Shown one piece after another: positions 17,395 through 26,833 of a DNA stretch of 64,000 nt (the first letter of the stretch is position 1; every line of letters starts with the position of its first letter). The notes beneath the pieces are model-generated. The model worked only from the letters and a program-made list of their open reading frames with translations. It was not told the origin of the DNA and did no database searches. Made by a program: the position numbers and the translations under genes. This DNA is from a virus (Duplodnaviria; Caudoviricetes): positions 64,001 through 128,000 of the IMG/VR virus record IMGVR_UViG_3300048502_000015. The stretch is one strand, 5' to 3'.

Positions 17395-20300
17395 TAGACG
17401 GTGACCACCGTTAAGGTTGAATTTCGTTGATTATAGGCATCGGTGACAGTAAGAGTAACGTTATAACTACCGTGGGCTGCATATGTATGTGGAGGAATTA
17501 GCTTACCGACATAGACTGTCCCATCACCAAGATTCCATTCGTATAGAATGATGTTTGCTGATCCCGCCGTTGAGGTATTTGTGAAGGTCCCAATAAACGA
17601 TCCTCCAACTGCGCTAAACGATGCGGTCGGCCCGGTTATCCCGCTTAGAGCATCCTCTGGCCAAATCAATCTTCCTAATTGTGCATATTGAGGGATGAAG
17701 TTGGGGGCACCCATGATAGAAGCTGCCTGGGTTAATGCCTTGGCTCTTATTTGGAACTGGGTTCCCCAGATAGGGAATTGTGCTCCGTATTGGTCGGAGT
17801 TAATCAATTCACGAAAATCAGTCCACGGAGCATAGTTGGACGACCAGGAATCGCTTGATACTGAACGACCGCTCCATAGAACCGCTCGTTCAAAAGCCGA
17901 TACACCATCAACCCAGAATGTTCCGTTAATGGCTTCTGGTTGATAAACGAATAGTTGGTAATTTCCTGCTTGTGTTAATCCAAATGGTGGGTCAAGAACG
18001 ATATGCTGCCATTGATCTGGAACGATTTGGGGCATTGGCAACGTTAACGAGAATCCATCTTGAGAGACAAGTTGGACGGAAATCGTTCCACCTTGATTTA
18101 GTAAACTACTCGGATACCACAAGTCAAAGACAATTCCAGCCTGAGTTAAATCGGTATAAGGTAGAACATTAGAAATAAATCCTTGATTCACGAGTGTTCC
18201 ATAAACCTGTATCTTGTAGCTTTCGGATGTTGTTGTTCGAGTAGAGTCTCTACTAATGGATGAGCCGGTAACCCCTCCAACTACATTGTCCGGACCTGCT
18301 CCAAAGGCCGTCCACAACTCGGTATTAGGGGTTGAGTTAGCATAAACCTGTCCACCTGAAACTGGAGTAAAACTGTTCAACGGGGTTGAAATGTATTCTG
18401 CAAAACATGCACTTCTTTGACGGATATTGGCAATCGAGGCCGTTCCGTCCGTAACGTTAGATGCTGACCTAACGCTTCCTGCCATTCGAGGAAACGTAAA
18501 TTCATCGTTAATGGCCGTGGAATCCAAAACGGCGACGGGATTAATGGACATATCGCTATTAAGCGGATAGATATATGCATGGGCTGTTGTGCCCTTTACT
18601 GAACAAATAAGGATATAGTAGGTGTTATTTGTCAAAGAATATCCTGTAAAGTTGTACGGAGTTATTAGAGCATTACCAATGGTAAGTGATTGAGTTGCTC
18701 CCCAACTCAGGGTAAAGGCAACCCAGTTATTACTTGGAACATTTGAAGTAAGGGGTTGAGGTAGTCCGTTTAATTCGGCCTGAATGAAGTAATCTAGATC
18801 AAGTTGATTAGTGAAGGTTTCGGTGTCATTTTCTCGCATAAATACGTTAACCGTATTTGTACTTGCTTGGGACCCGGTGTAGAATACAACCTGCATCTCA
18901 ACATCAATAGGCGTTGGGGTTGCACTTAGAGGGAGTACTTCGGTATTCATGTTTCCGTAGGAATCCAAAACCCAATCGTTAAGAACGGCATTGACGGAAT
19001 CGCCACCTGTCTCGATGTATTGAGCGGTGTCTCCCGTTATTGCATAATTATTACGCATAAAGGCTATCGAATTAACCCCCGCGAAATATGCCTTGTTGTT
19101 ATCAAAATTAGCCGTCAATTCTCGATAAAAATGACGACAAGTAAGGTAGAAGAACATGACAGGCATCGACTGTTCGAAAACGATCTGTTCTCGACTAAGA
19201 GATGATACGTCTGAATAATCGACATTTGGTGAAACGACCCCTGATTCAACCGGATAATTGATCGCGGAACCCGAAGTGGCCCTCTGTACAACAGATCCTA
19301 ATAGAGTTGTTGGATCAGCCAGATTTCCAGGAGGCTGGGTATAGGTGTTCATTACCAAATTGATCTTTTGCAAGGTGGTTGGGTCCACCTGATCAGATGC
19401 GTCATTTAAGGTAGAAAAGAAGTTGTTGATCTGAGGAATATTCGAAGACGACGCTGGAGCAGCCGGTTGCTGACCGATATCATCAAGATAGTAGTTGTAG
19501 GCGAAGTCAAGGGCGTCGTAAGAAACGTTTACTTGACTTGCAATAAATGACGGCAACTCCATTTGTCCGATGAAGAAATCAGCTACCCATTTAGGGTACT
19601 TTTTGTAAGCTACAGGGATTGGGAAGTTACCTGGATTATACGATTGTGGCTGAAGATCCGAGAATTCGATCTTGACATATTTGGCCACCATCGGTGTCGG
19701 TAGATAGTATTCCTGGGCTACTGTTGTAACGTAGGTTTGAGGAACATGGGTCCACAACTTTTGTTCCCATTCCGTTTCGGTTAAAGGAGACAAACCCTCG
19801 GATGTATTGTTTGTGTCATCTGTTGAGTAGTAAATGTTGAACCCAACATTTGGGGTAATTGGGTCTACAAAAACCGAATCGATAACTGTCGTGTCATCCT
19901 GAATTGCCGATTCAACCAGTTCAACAGAACTTGACTGACCCTTTTGTGTAACCCATTCCCAACCAATTTGGTCGCCATCTCCGTAAGGAAGATATCCCGT
20001 TCCAAGAGTTACTTGAATAGTGTCTAAATAGAAGTCAACTGTCTTGGTTGATCCCGAAGTATTGGTGGCTACAATTGAGATTGTGGCTAGGGTTGCACCA
20101 ACCGGAGGAGTAGCCGTTTGTTGATAGGCTGTAAGTCCCGTCGCAGTTATCGTATTTGTAGAGGAGCCTAAGAAGGTTGCTCCGCTATACCAGTTAATCA
20201 GAAACTCTATTCCCGTACTCGTGGGAACTGTTAGGGCATTAAGCTCACAAGACAAGTATAGATTCAACATTGGATTGATCGGAATTCCACTAGATGGAGA

Positions 20301-21230
20301 AACGATTCCTGCTGTGGCCCCAGTTGGTAAACTAGCCGTTAGCCTTAACGAATTATTGCCCAAAAAGGACCAACTGTTTTCTACCGCTTTGGTAGAGAGG
20401 GTTCCTCCTCCAGAAGTTGTAGAAGCCCACCAAGCGGGAGCCGCTGTGATATTGTCATATTCGAAACTAGGGTTTCCGATGTAGTTTATCTGCCCATAAC
20501 TAGCAACCTCAGCCACGGGCCTAACATCAAAGTATATGCTCTTGACTCCAAACTGGGATGGACATGGATCGCTCATCCAGTGACCTGTATTGTCTCCCAC
20601 TATACCCGTTGTGTCGGTACTGGCGGCACCGTTACCAAGAACTACCGAACGATAGTTGTTGCCAAGAAAATCGACTCCGTTATCTGCTGTTAGGCCAAGA
20701 ATTCTGAAGCAGAACGAAAGGTTATTTCCGGCATTAGTAAGAGCCACCATAGAGGAGTTGTATGCCTCTAAAGGAGTGATAGGATTTGGTTGCGAATACC
20801 AAATGGCGGTTACATCTGCTTGACCGAGAACCCCAAATCGAAGGAGATTGTTACTCCCTATAACCATTGAGCTATCAACGGGGATCGTCGTCGGAAATAG
20901 AACGTCATACCAGATTTGACTTCCATCGGCGTGACTTCCTACGGTTGTTCCTGTTGCAAGATTACTCCATCCTGATCCCGTGATATACTGGTCAACCGTC
21001 CATTCTAGAGAAGCTGCGGCAGCCATTCCAGTAGTGACTGAAACAAGAAGCTGAAATCCTGATAGATCAGGATAATTCAATTCTCCCGAATTTGTTCCTC
21101 GCTCATAATTTGATGGCAATTGAAAGGTTTGATAAAACCAGCTACTCGAAATAGTCTCATATGCCCCTGAAGCAGGAGTTTGATTCTGATCAATGATAAC
21201 GCCAGAATAGTTTTGTGCCAAAGTAGCCAT
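17394..21230 (-). CDS. Large baseplate/tail fibre protein with carbohydrate-binding-like and PKD domains
   Basis: NYIGNPSFE CBM-like repeat start; C-terminal YEWNLGDG...HTYAAHGSYNVTLTVTD; located in the baseplate operon. Confidence 0.7.
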   Translation of the reverse strand: MATLAQNYSGVIIDQNQTPASGAYETISSSWFYQTFQLPSNYERGTNSGELNYPDLSGFQLLVSVTTGMAAAASLEWTVDQYITGSGWSNLATGTTVGSHADGSQIWYDVLFPTTIPVDSSMVIGSNNLLRFGVLGQADVTAIWYSQPNPITPLEAYNSSMVALTNAGNNLSFCFRILGLTADNGVDFLGNNYRSVVLGNGAASTDTTGIVGDNTGHWMSDPCPSQFGVKSIYFDVRPVAEVASYGQINYIGNPSFEYDNITAAPAWWASTTSGGGTLSTKAVENSWSFLGNNSLRLTASLPTGATAGIVSPSSGIPINPMLNLYLSCELNALTVPTSTGIEFLINWYSGATFLGSSTNTITATGLTAYQQTATPPVGATLATISIVATNTSGSTKTVDFYLDTIQVTLGTGYLPYGDGDQIGWEWVTQKGQSSSVELVESAIQDDTTVIDSVFVDPITPNVGFNIYYSTDDTNNTSEGLSPLTETEWEQKLWTHVPQTYVTTVAQEYYLPTPMVAKYVKIEFSDLQPQSYNPGNFPIPVAYKKYPKWVADFFIGQMELPSFIASQVNVSYDALDFAYNYYLDDIGQQPAAPASSSNIPQINNFFSTLNDASDQVDPTTLQKINLVMNTYTQPPGNLADPTTLLGSVVQRATSGSAINYPVESGVVSPNVDYSDVSSLSREQIVFEQSMPVMFFYLTCRHFYRELTANFDNNKAYFAGVNSIAFMRNNYAITGDTAQYIETGGDSVNAVLNDWVLDSYGNMNTEVLPLSATPTPIDVEMQVVFYTGSQASTNTVNVFMRENDTETFTNQLDLDYFIQAELNGLPQPLTSNVPSNNWVAFTLSWGATQSLTIGNALITPYNFTGYSLTNNTYYILICSVKGTTAHAYIYPLNSDMSINPVAVLDSTAINDEFTFPRMAGSVRSASNVTDGTASIANIRQRSACFAEYISTPLNSFTPVSGGQVYANSTPNTELWTAFGAGPDNVVGGVTGSSISRDSTRTTTSESYKIQVYGTLVNQGFISNVLPYTDLTQAGIVFDLWYPSSLLNQGGTISVQLVSQDGFSLTLPMPQIVPDQWQHIVLDPPFGLTQAGNYQLFVYQPEAINGTFWVDGVSAFERAVLWSGRSVSSDSWSSNYAPWTDFRELINSDQYGAQFPIWGTQFQIRAKALTQAASIMGAPNFIPQYAQLGRLIWPEDALSGITGPTASFSAVGGSFIGTFTNTSTAGSANIILYEWNLGDGTVYVGKLIPPHTYAAHGSYNVTLTVTDAYNQRNSTLTVVTV

Positions 21231-21236
21231 CAAACT

Positions 21237-23237
21237 TTAAGCTACGTTTCTACCTACGCGAAGGTTTTGAACCTCGATGCTATATGGCAATAGATTACCG
21301 AATCCGTCTGTAAAGGGGGAGTTGTTTGCGGTTACTTTGGTAAAGCCAACCCTTAGGTATCTAGTAAAAATCTGGTTACCTAATGAATTTGAAAAGTAGA
21401 TCGCTACAGTTGTCCATGGATTAGTATTGGTTGCCGAGTAAGAGAGACTCGTGGTTGATATTGCTGTCGCGTTTGGAACCAAAGTAATCGGATAGAACAG
21501 ACGAGCAGGAGATTGGTCAAGTAGGTCATATTCTACCGAAATTGTGTACGGCTTATTGCTTGCTTCAAAATACAGGAGGTTTACGGCTTGAACAGTTCCT
21601 AAATCGATTTCTAGATAATCCGTACCCGATGCTCGTTCTAGAGAAGACCAAAATGAAGATTGAACTGGTTGGGGAACCCCTGGCAATCCTTGGTAATCAA
21701 CGGGGTAGATTCCGTTAATCATCATCTCGTTTGATCCCGTAACAGAGGTAATCGTTAGAGGTTCGGCTTGGGCCGCTATTGATTGGGTAGCAAAAAATTG
21801 TGCTGAAGGATTAGTATAGGGAGAGAGGAACGGATAGAGTGCGGTTTGAAGATTAGAGAATCCGCCTACATGAATATCGTTATCGAGAGCGGGCCACTGG
21901 GGAGAACCACCACCGGAAGTAGGGGATAGCGTGGTCCCATACAGGCTGTCAAGCAATGCATTTTCGGTATATGCGATAACGTTGGAGATGTTGTGAAAGC
22001 CCTGATAGCTTCCATTAATGTCTCCTTCGGCTCGCGGAGCTTCGTGTTCAACTCCCTTTTGAATCCAATGGGTCGAATCTAGAGTTGGCCACGGTACTGC
22101 TCGATTTCCGGTGACATATCTAACGACCCCTGTAAGAGTAGATTCTGAGAGGATTGCGTTCGCTGGTTGGCGTAAGGTTGATCCTTGCCCGCTTCCCAAG
22201 GTGACAATCGAGGTTACGGGCTGAATATCAGAAAGGGCGTCGTACATGTAGAAAGTATTTTGAGGACTCAAAATCACGTTTTCTCCATCGGCTGAAGTTC
22301 CTACTTGACTAACCTCTACGATTGCCACGGGGATAGCTCCTGTGATGGTTGTTGTCAAAGATGAAGTAATCTGAAGATCGGGAACATCCTGATTAGCCAA
22401 GGCTCCTGTGAATGCGACCTGGACGGGTTGATCCGGAAGGGGTCCGCCAGTGACGATGATGTTATTTCCAACCGAAGGAATTGCCTCCAAAGCCGTTTGA
22501 ATTACGTCGTAGGTTGTGTTATAGGCCAAGGAAGAGGTAGTGTTGTTATTTCCAACGGGGAAAGTGATGGTAAAGGTTCCTCCCTGAACGTTGGAGAAGC
22601 TAATCGTTTGAATTTCGCTTTGGGAAATGTTCTGGTTAGGAACAATGATAACCTCTTCGGTAGATTGGGTAATCCCCATTGGCTGTAGCCCTAAGCGATT
22701 GTCGGAAAAATGATCGTATAGGGCTTTGTAGTTCTCGATAACCTCAACCGGATATCCTAGTCCTGATTTTGCCGCCAATTCCATCCCCTGAACTGTCCCT
22801 CCTGCTCTAACGGCATGAAGGAAATCAATCACCCGGTTACGAAACGATGCATCTTGCTGATCAATAAGGGATTGTTCCGCTGATGTCAAGAGGCCGCTTT
22901 GATCAAGATCATTTTGTTCCTCAATCAATGGAACGAACTGCAAGGGGTTTGCATAAAGGCCACTTAGCTGACTCGTATTTAATCCTGCTGCCTCTACCGA
23001 TAGACGAGCAACAAGGTAGTTGTATTGAATTGATCCTACTCCGGATGGACCAAGAAGGGCATACAAAAGGGTGACTAGATTTGAATCGATTGCCTTGTTG
23101 TAAAGTGAGTCTGGGAATCGATCCAGATAACTGATCGGATTTTGAGGACCCCCTAACGGTTCGATGAAAAATGACTGGTTTACCGTAGCGGTAAAATCAG
23201 GGGTTATGGTCGTAGTAGTAACATCAGGAGTAGACAT
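21237..23237 (-). CDS. Baseplate wedge protein (P2 gpI-like) with a C-terminal discoidin-like domain
   Basis: Follows baseplate J; DASFRNRV...GGTVQGMELAAK; WSSLER...YLEIDLG. Confidence 0.65.
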   Translation of the reverse strand: MSTPDVTTTTITPDFTATVNQSFFIEPLGGPQNPISYLDRFPDSLYNKAIDSNLVTLLYALLGPSGVGSIQYNYLVARLSVEAAGLNTSQLSGLYANPLQFVPLIEEQNDLDQSGLLTSAEQSLIDQQDASFRNRVIDFLHAVRAGGTVQGMELAAKSGLGYPVEVIENYKALYDHFSDNRLGLQPMGITQSTEEVIIVPNQNISQSEIQTISFSNVQGGTFTITFPVGNNNTTSSLAYNTTYDVIQTALEAIPSVGNNIIVTGGPLPDQPVQVAFTGALANQDVPDLQITSSLTTTITGAIPVAIVEVSQVGTSADGENVILSPQNTFYMYDALSDIQPVTSIVTLGSGQGSTLRQPANAILSESTLTGVVRYVTGNRAVPWPTLDSTHWIQKGVEHEAPRAEGDINGSYQGFHNISNVIAYTENALLDSLYGTTLSPTSGGGSPQWPALDNDIHVGGFSNLQTALYPFLSPYTNPSAQFFATQSIAAQAEPLTITSVTGSNEMMINGIYPVDYQGLPGVPQPVQSSFWSSLERASGTDYLEIDLGTVQAVNLLYFEASNKPYTISVEYDLLDQSPARLFYPITLVPNATAISTTSLSYSATNTNPWTTVAIYFSNSLGNQIFTRYLRVGFTKVTANNSPFTDGFGNLLPYSIEVQNLRVGRNVA

Positions 23238-25949
23238 CTAGACCAAAGGCCCAATCCAAGTTTGTTGTGCTCGTGGACGGATAATTAGTCCAGGAAGAGT
23301 ATCTGTGCTGAGGGCATTCGGAGTTAATTGGGGAAGCTCGTTGTCTCGAAGGAAGAAATCGTAATTGTTAAGGTATTGACAAGGGTTGGCTGGTGTGTTT
23401 GTAATTGGCGTTGGGTAGGTTATTGTTGGGGTGACATATTCTCGTCCAAAACAGGTTTGTGTACCTGATCCCGCCGAACTGGTATTAATCGGTGAACCCC
23501 CGCTAGTCAAAGAAACTTCAAAGGTATTTGTTGTGGCAGCTACAACAAAGTATTCCGTATTTGCCGTTAGACCTGTTGGAAGTGTGTTGGTCGTAGCAAA
23601 CGAAACCGTATTACCATTAACAAGGCCATGATTGTTAAGTGTGACTACCGCTGGGGAAGCGTTTGAAATTGTGCAAGTTGGTGGTGCCCAAGTGACTTGA
23701 TATGTTGTAACTGGGTTAGCTACATTTGTGGTGACGGTATTTGTCGCAATTACCGTTGCTGCTCCGACTCCCGGAATAAGTCCGTTAATAGCCGTTTGAA
23801 GATTAGATGCGCTAAGGGTTGAAATGGTTATAGTCGATGTTGAATATGCCCCGTAGGTCAATACAAACGTACCGCTAGTTGGTTGTCCCATAACGTAGAT
23901 ATTTTGAACTTCTGGTGATTGACCAATAGCTCCTCCTGCTGCCGTTGATCGACCCGTGGTAACTCGATCACTAAAGATTCCTACTAACGGCGTTCCATTG
24001 ATATTGGTTTCGAAAACACGGGTAACGGCGGGAGGAGTTGCCGTTGTTGGAATGTCTACGGTCCATCGAACGTTATCTACCCCTGGGACTCCATGGACTA
24101 CCTGAAGAAGGTCAGAAAGCTGGATAACCGAACCAAAGTATTGACCTGAGAAATATGACTGAAGTGCGGCCTGTATAGCCGAGTTAACTGTAGTTGGGGT
24201 TGATCCACTTGAATACATGATGGATATATCAAGCTTGAAATATCGAATTGTTGAATTATGTGCAAGAACGCTTGTTGTGACTTGACTTGCGGCTTCTAAA
24301 GCAGCCTGAAGATCAACAACGTTTTGATCATATTCGTAGTTGTCAACCTCAACGGGAGTAATCGTTTCCGTTGCCCAATCAGTAATGTGATTTCCTGTTC
24401 CCAGATATGGTTGGGTCGGGTCCCCCGAAAATAACGTAGGGCCATTCCAAGTGGCCGAAGGATTAGGGTCCTCTGGGGCTTGTCCACGGACATCCATGCT
24501 CCATTCGATTCCATCTCGTGCCTGAACGGTTCCCCCAAGTGGCGAAATATCGTGAACCAACCAATAGTGAACCCCGATGTAGTAAAATTGTCCACCAATT
24601 GAGATTTGGTTTGGAAGTTCGGTAAGGGGACTATAGTACAGCGGAGTGATGACATTTCCTGCATGAGGACGTTTTGATGGAAGTCCATCTCGTCTGAAGT
24701 TTTCTAGGTAGAACATGTTTGCCGGGTTGTCAAAGACACCCGCCGTATTAGAGCCTGCGCTCGCCGGAGGAGTAAAGATAGTCGATGCTAGAGTAGGGTT
24801 AGAGCCATCAACGAAAACATCAACACAGTTGGTAACGTTGTGAACTAGACTGTTACGAGATTCAGAGGATAGGTAAAAGTATTCGACCAAGACAATATCG
24901 CTAGGATTGATCGCCTGAACCGTATCATTAGTCCCCGTATATACGTTGATGAAAGTAAAGTTTGGTTGATTTAGAACATAGGGTTCAATGTTTGCGTTTA
25001 GCTGATTGAAACGGTAAGTATCGCCTACGTTTAGGGCGGGCCAATTGAAGTTGAAGTCAATCCCTGGACGATAGAAGTAGTTTCCTATTCCAGAGTTGCT
25101 GTCGGTAATGAAAACGGGATTTGAAGCATAGACATATTGGGCATAAGGGATGGTTGAAAGAGCCGTCGTATATTGTCCTGCTGAACCGTTTCCTGACTGT
25201 CCACCAATTGTTGTAGAGTCATCTCCGCTTGGAACCTGAATATACTCTTGGTATTGGGAAATTGGCCCAATGACATTTGCCTTTGTACTAAAGGCGGTTG
25301 ATACCGCTAGAGCTAGGAATTGGTCTTGGGTTCCCGCGAGGTTTCTGAAGACCGTATTTTGGAATCGGACTTTAAGGCTGTTGTCATCCTCTTGGTCCGT
25401 TCCGCCAGTAATTGGATTAGGGTTAGTAACAGATGTAATTCCGCTGATGAGGTTTCCCGTGCTCGGCGTTAGATTTGTAAGAGTATTGATCGCCGCATTT
25501 CCAAGCGACCCTGGGTTAACGGCTGCCACGGGGACCGGGCTGGTAGATGTCGTTCCGTTTGTAAGAACTGCGGCTGCCGTAGTAGAATAGGTGGCAAAAA
25601 CTCCCTGGGAGTTTGCGTTGCTAGAAGTGATAATGGTCCCCTGAGGGATGTTGATATCTACACTAGGAGCCGCTCCACAAGAAAAGACAACATATCCCGT
25701 AGCAAATGTCCCTCCGACCCTAGAAAAACCAAAAAGCCCAACAAAGCTGTCAAGGTTACTTCCGAACTTCGAGTTAATGTCAAGCGCTCCTGATAGCCCC
25801 GTAAGGTCTATCTGGGTCAGTGAAAGGGCCGATGCAACCGTATCTATGATTTTTCGTTCTGGACTTCCAACCTCTGCACTAACCGAAGGATCAAGCAACC
25901 GAAGTTGCTGAACCATCTGGAGGCTAAAGTCGTCTGCTGTATTAACCAT
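23238..25949 (-). CDS. Baseplate J-like wedge protein
   Basis: LDSFVGLFGFSR, ATGYVVF, PGSLGN and VTNPNPITGGTDQEDDNSLKVR motifs. Confidence 0.9.
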   Translation of the reverse strand: MVNTADDFSLQMVQQLRLLDPSVSAEVGSPERKIIDTVASALSLTQIDLTGLSGALDINSKFGSNLDSFVGLFGFSRVGGTFATGYVVFSCGAAPSVDINIPQGTIITSSNANSQGVFATYSTTAAAVLTNGTTSTSPVPVAAVNPGSLGNAAINTLTNLTPSTGNLISGITSVTNPNPITGGTDQEDDNSLKVRFQNTVFRNLAGTQDQFLALAVSTAFSTKANVIGPISQYQEYIQVPSGDDSTTIGGQSGNGSAGQYTTALSTIPYAQYVYASNPVFITDSNSGIGNYFYRPGIDFNFNWPALNVGDTYRFNQLNANIEPYVLNQPNFTFINVYTGTNDTVQAINPSDIVLVEYFYLSSESRNSLVHNVTNCVDVFVDGSNPTLASTIFTPPASAGSNTAGVFDNPANMFYLENFRRDGLPSKRPHAGNVITPLYYSPLTELPNQISIGGQFYYIGVHYWLVHDISPLGGTVQARDGIEWSMDVRGQAPEDPNPSATWNGPTLFSGDPTQPYLGTGNHITDWATETITPVEVDNYEYDQNVVDLQAALEAASQVTTSVLAHNSTIRYFKLDISIMYSSGSTPTTVNSAIQAALQSYFSGQYFGSVIQLSDLLQVVHGVPGVDNVRWTVDIPTTATPPAVTRVFETNINGTPLVGIFSDRVTTGRSTAAGGAIGQSPEVQNIYVMGQPTSGTFVLTYGAYSTSTITISTLSASNLQTAINGLIPGVGAATVIATNTVTTNVANPVTTYQVTWAPPTCTISNASPAVVTLNNHGLVNGNTVSFATTNTLPTGLTANTEYFVVAATTNTFEVSLTSGGSPINTSSAGSGTQTCFGREYVTPTITYPTPITNTPANPCQYLNNYDFFLRDNELPQLTPNALSTDTLPGLIIRPRAQQTWIGPLV

Positions 25950-26408
25950 TTAGTTACCTACTGTTACGGCGGTAGCTATTGTTCCGGCACCAGTTCTAAG
26001 AGTAACTCCTACCAGCATTTGATCTTGAGATTCTTGAATGCTGATATTCTCGACCTGAATTAACGTTTCTCCAGGAGTGATAGTTGGTTTTCCGTAAGTT
26101 GAGGCGTCAGAATTGTTTCGGGCAATTTGACTCTTTTGATAATCTGAGCACACGCGAGAAACCTCTGATTGAACAAAGGTCGCCGCCTGATCGTTGTTTT
26201 GTTCACCAATAACCCCAGGTTGATAAACACCGTTTTGGATTCCCCCATCAATGAGCGAACCAAAAGTTGGATGGGCATCGTCTGTCCCCATGGGTTCCAA
26301 AAGATCACAAGTTAGATCTTGAACGAGTTTCGCGCCATCGGTAACGGTAGCCAGAGAGGTTCCGTTAAGAACTAGATCTCCATTGGCTATTTGTAAACTC
26401 CATGACAT
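25950..26408 (-). CDS. gp25-like baseplate wedge subunit
   Basis: GDLVL...KLVQDL...HPTFGSLI; precedes baseplate J. Confidence 0.8.
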   Translation of the reverse strand: MSWSLQIANGDLVLNGTSLATVTDGAKLVQDLTCDLLEPMGTDDAHPTFGSLIDGGIQNGVYQPGVIGEQNNDQAATFVQSEVSRVCSDYQKSQIARNNSDASTYGKPTITPGETLIQVENISIQESQDQMLVGVTLRTGAGTIATAVTVGN

Positions 26409-26409
26409 A

Positions 26410-26429
26410 TCAATGATTACTCAACCGTT
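26410..26429 (-). promoter_or_regulatory. Putative late promoter
   Basis: aaC-ggttgag-TAAT-catt-GA-tATG. Confidence 0.65.
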
Positions 26430-26443
26430 TTGGGATATTAGGT

Positions 26444-26833
26444 CTACGGAGCAACCGGGACAAAGGTTCGTGTCGTGGCATCCCAACCAATTAGATATCC
26501 ATCAGGGAATGTACTAACATCTACGGTGACAAATTGATTACCAGAAGAATCAATCGTTTCGGTGGCATTGATTTGGGCCTGCCCTGGTTCCATTTCAGAT
26601 AGGGGGGCATCAGAACTAGAATCTTGATAAAGACTGTCCAAGAGCCAAGTTCCATTCTCTTGTCGGACCATCCAGTGTTCTCCGACGACTGGCCAACGGA
26701 AAAGAACGGGAACAATATCGACCAAAACCTGGACGACTCCTCCAGCGGTTGTTACCTGGACCGTTCCTGTCGCTGGATCTGAAGCAGCGATAATTCCGCC
26801 ATACGTAACGGTTGATGTTGATGATCTTGCCAT
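26444..26833 (-). CDS. Baseplate spike-like (gpV OB-fold) protein
   Basis: Lies between the hub and gp25; DPATGTVQV...WPVVGEHWMV. Confidence 0.55.
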   Translation of the reverse strand: MARSSTSTVTYGGIIAASDPATGTVQVTTAGGVVQVLVDIVPVLFRWPVVGEHWMVRQENGTWLLDSLYQDSSSDAPLSEMEPGQAQINATETIDSSGNQFVTVDVSTFPDGYLIGWDATTRTFVPVAP

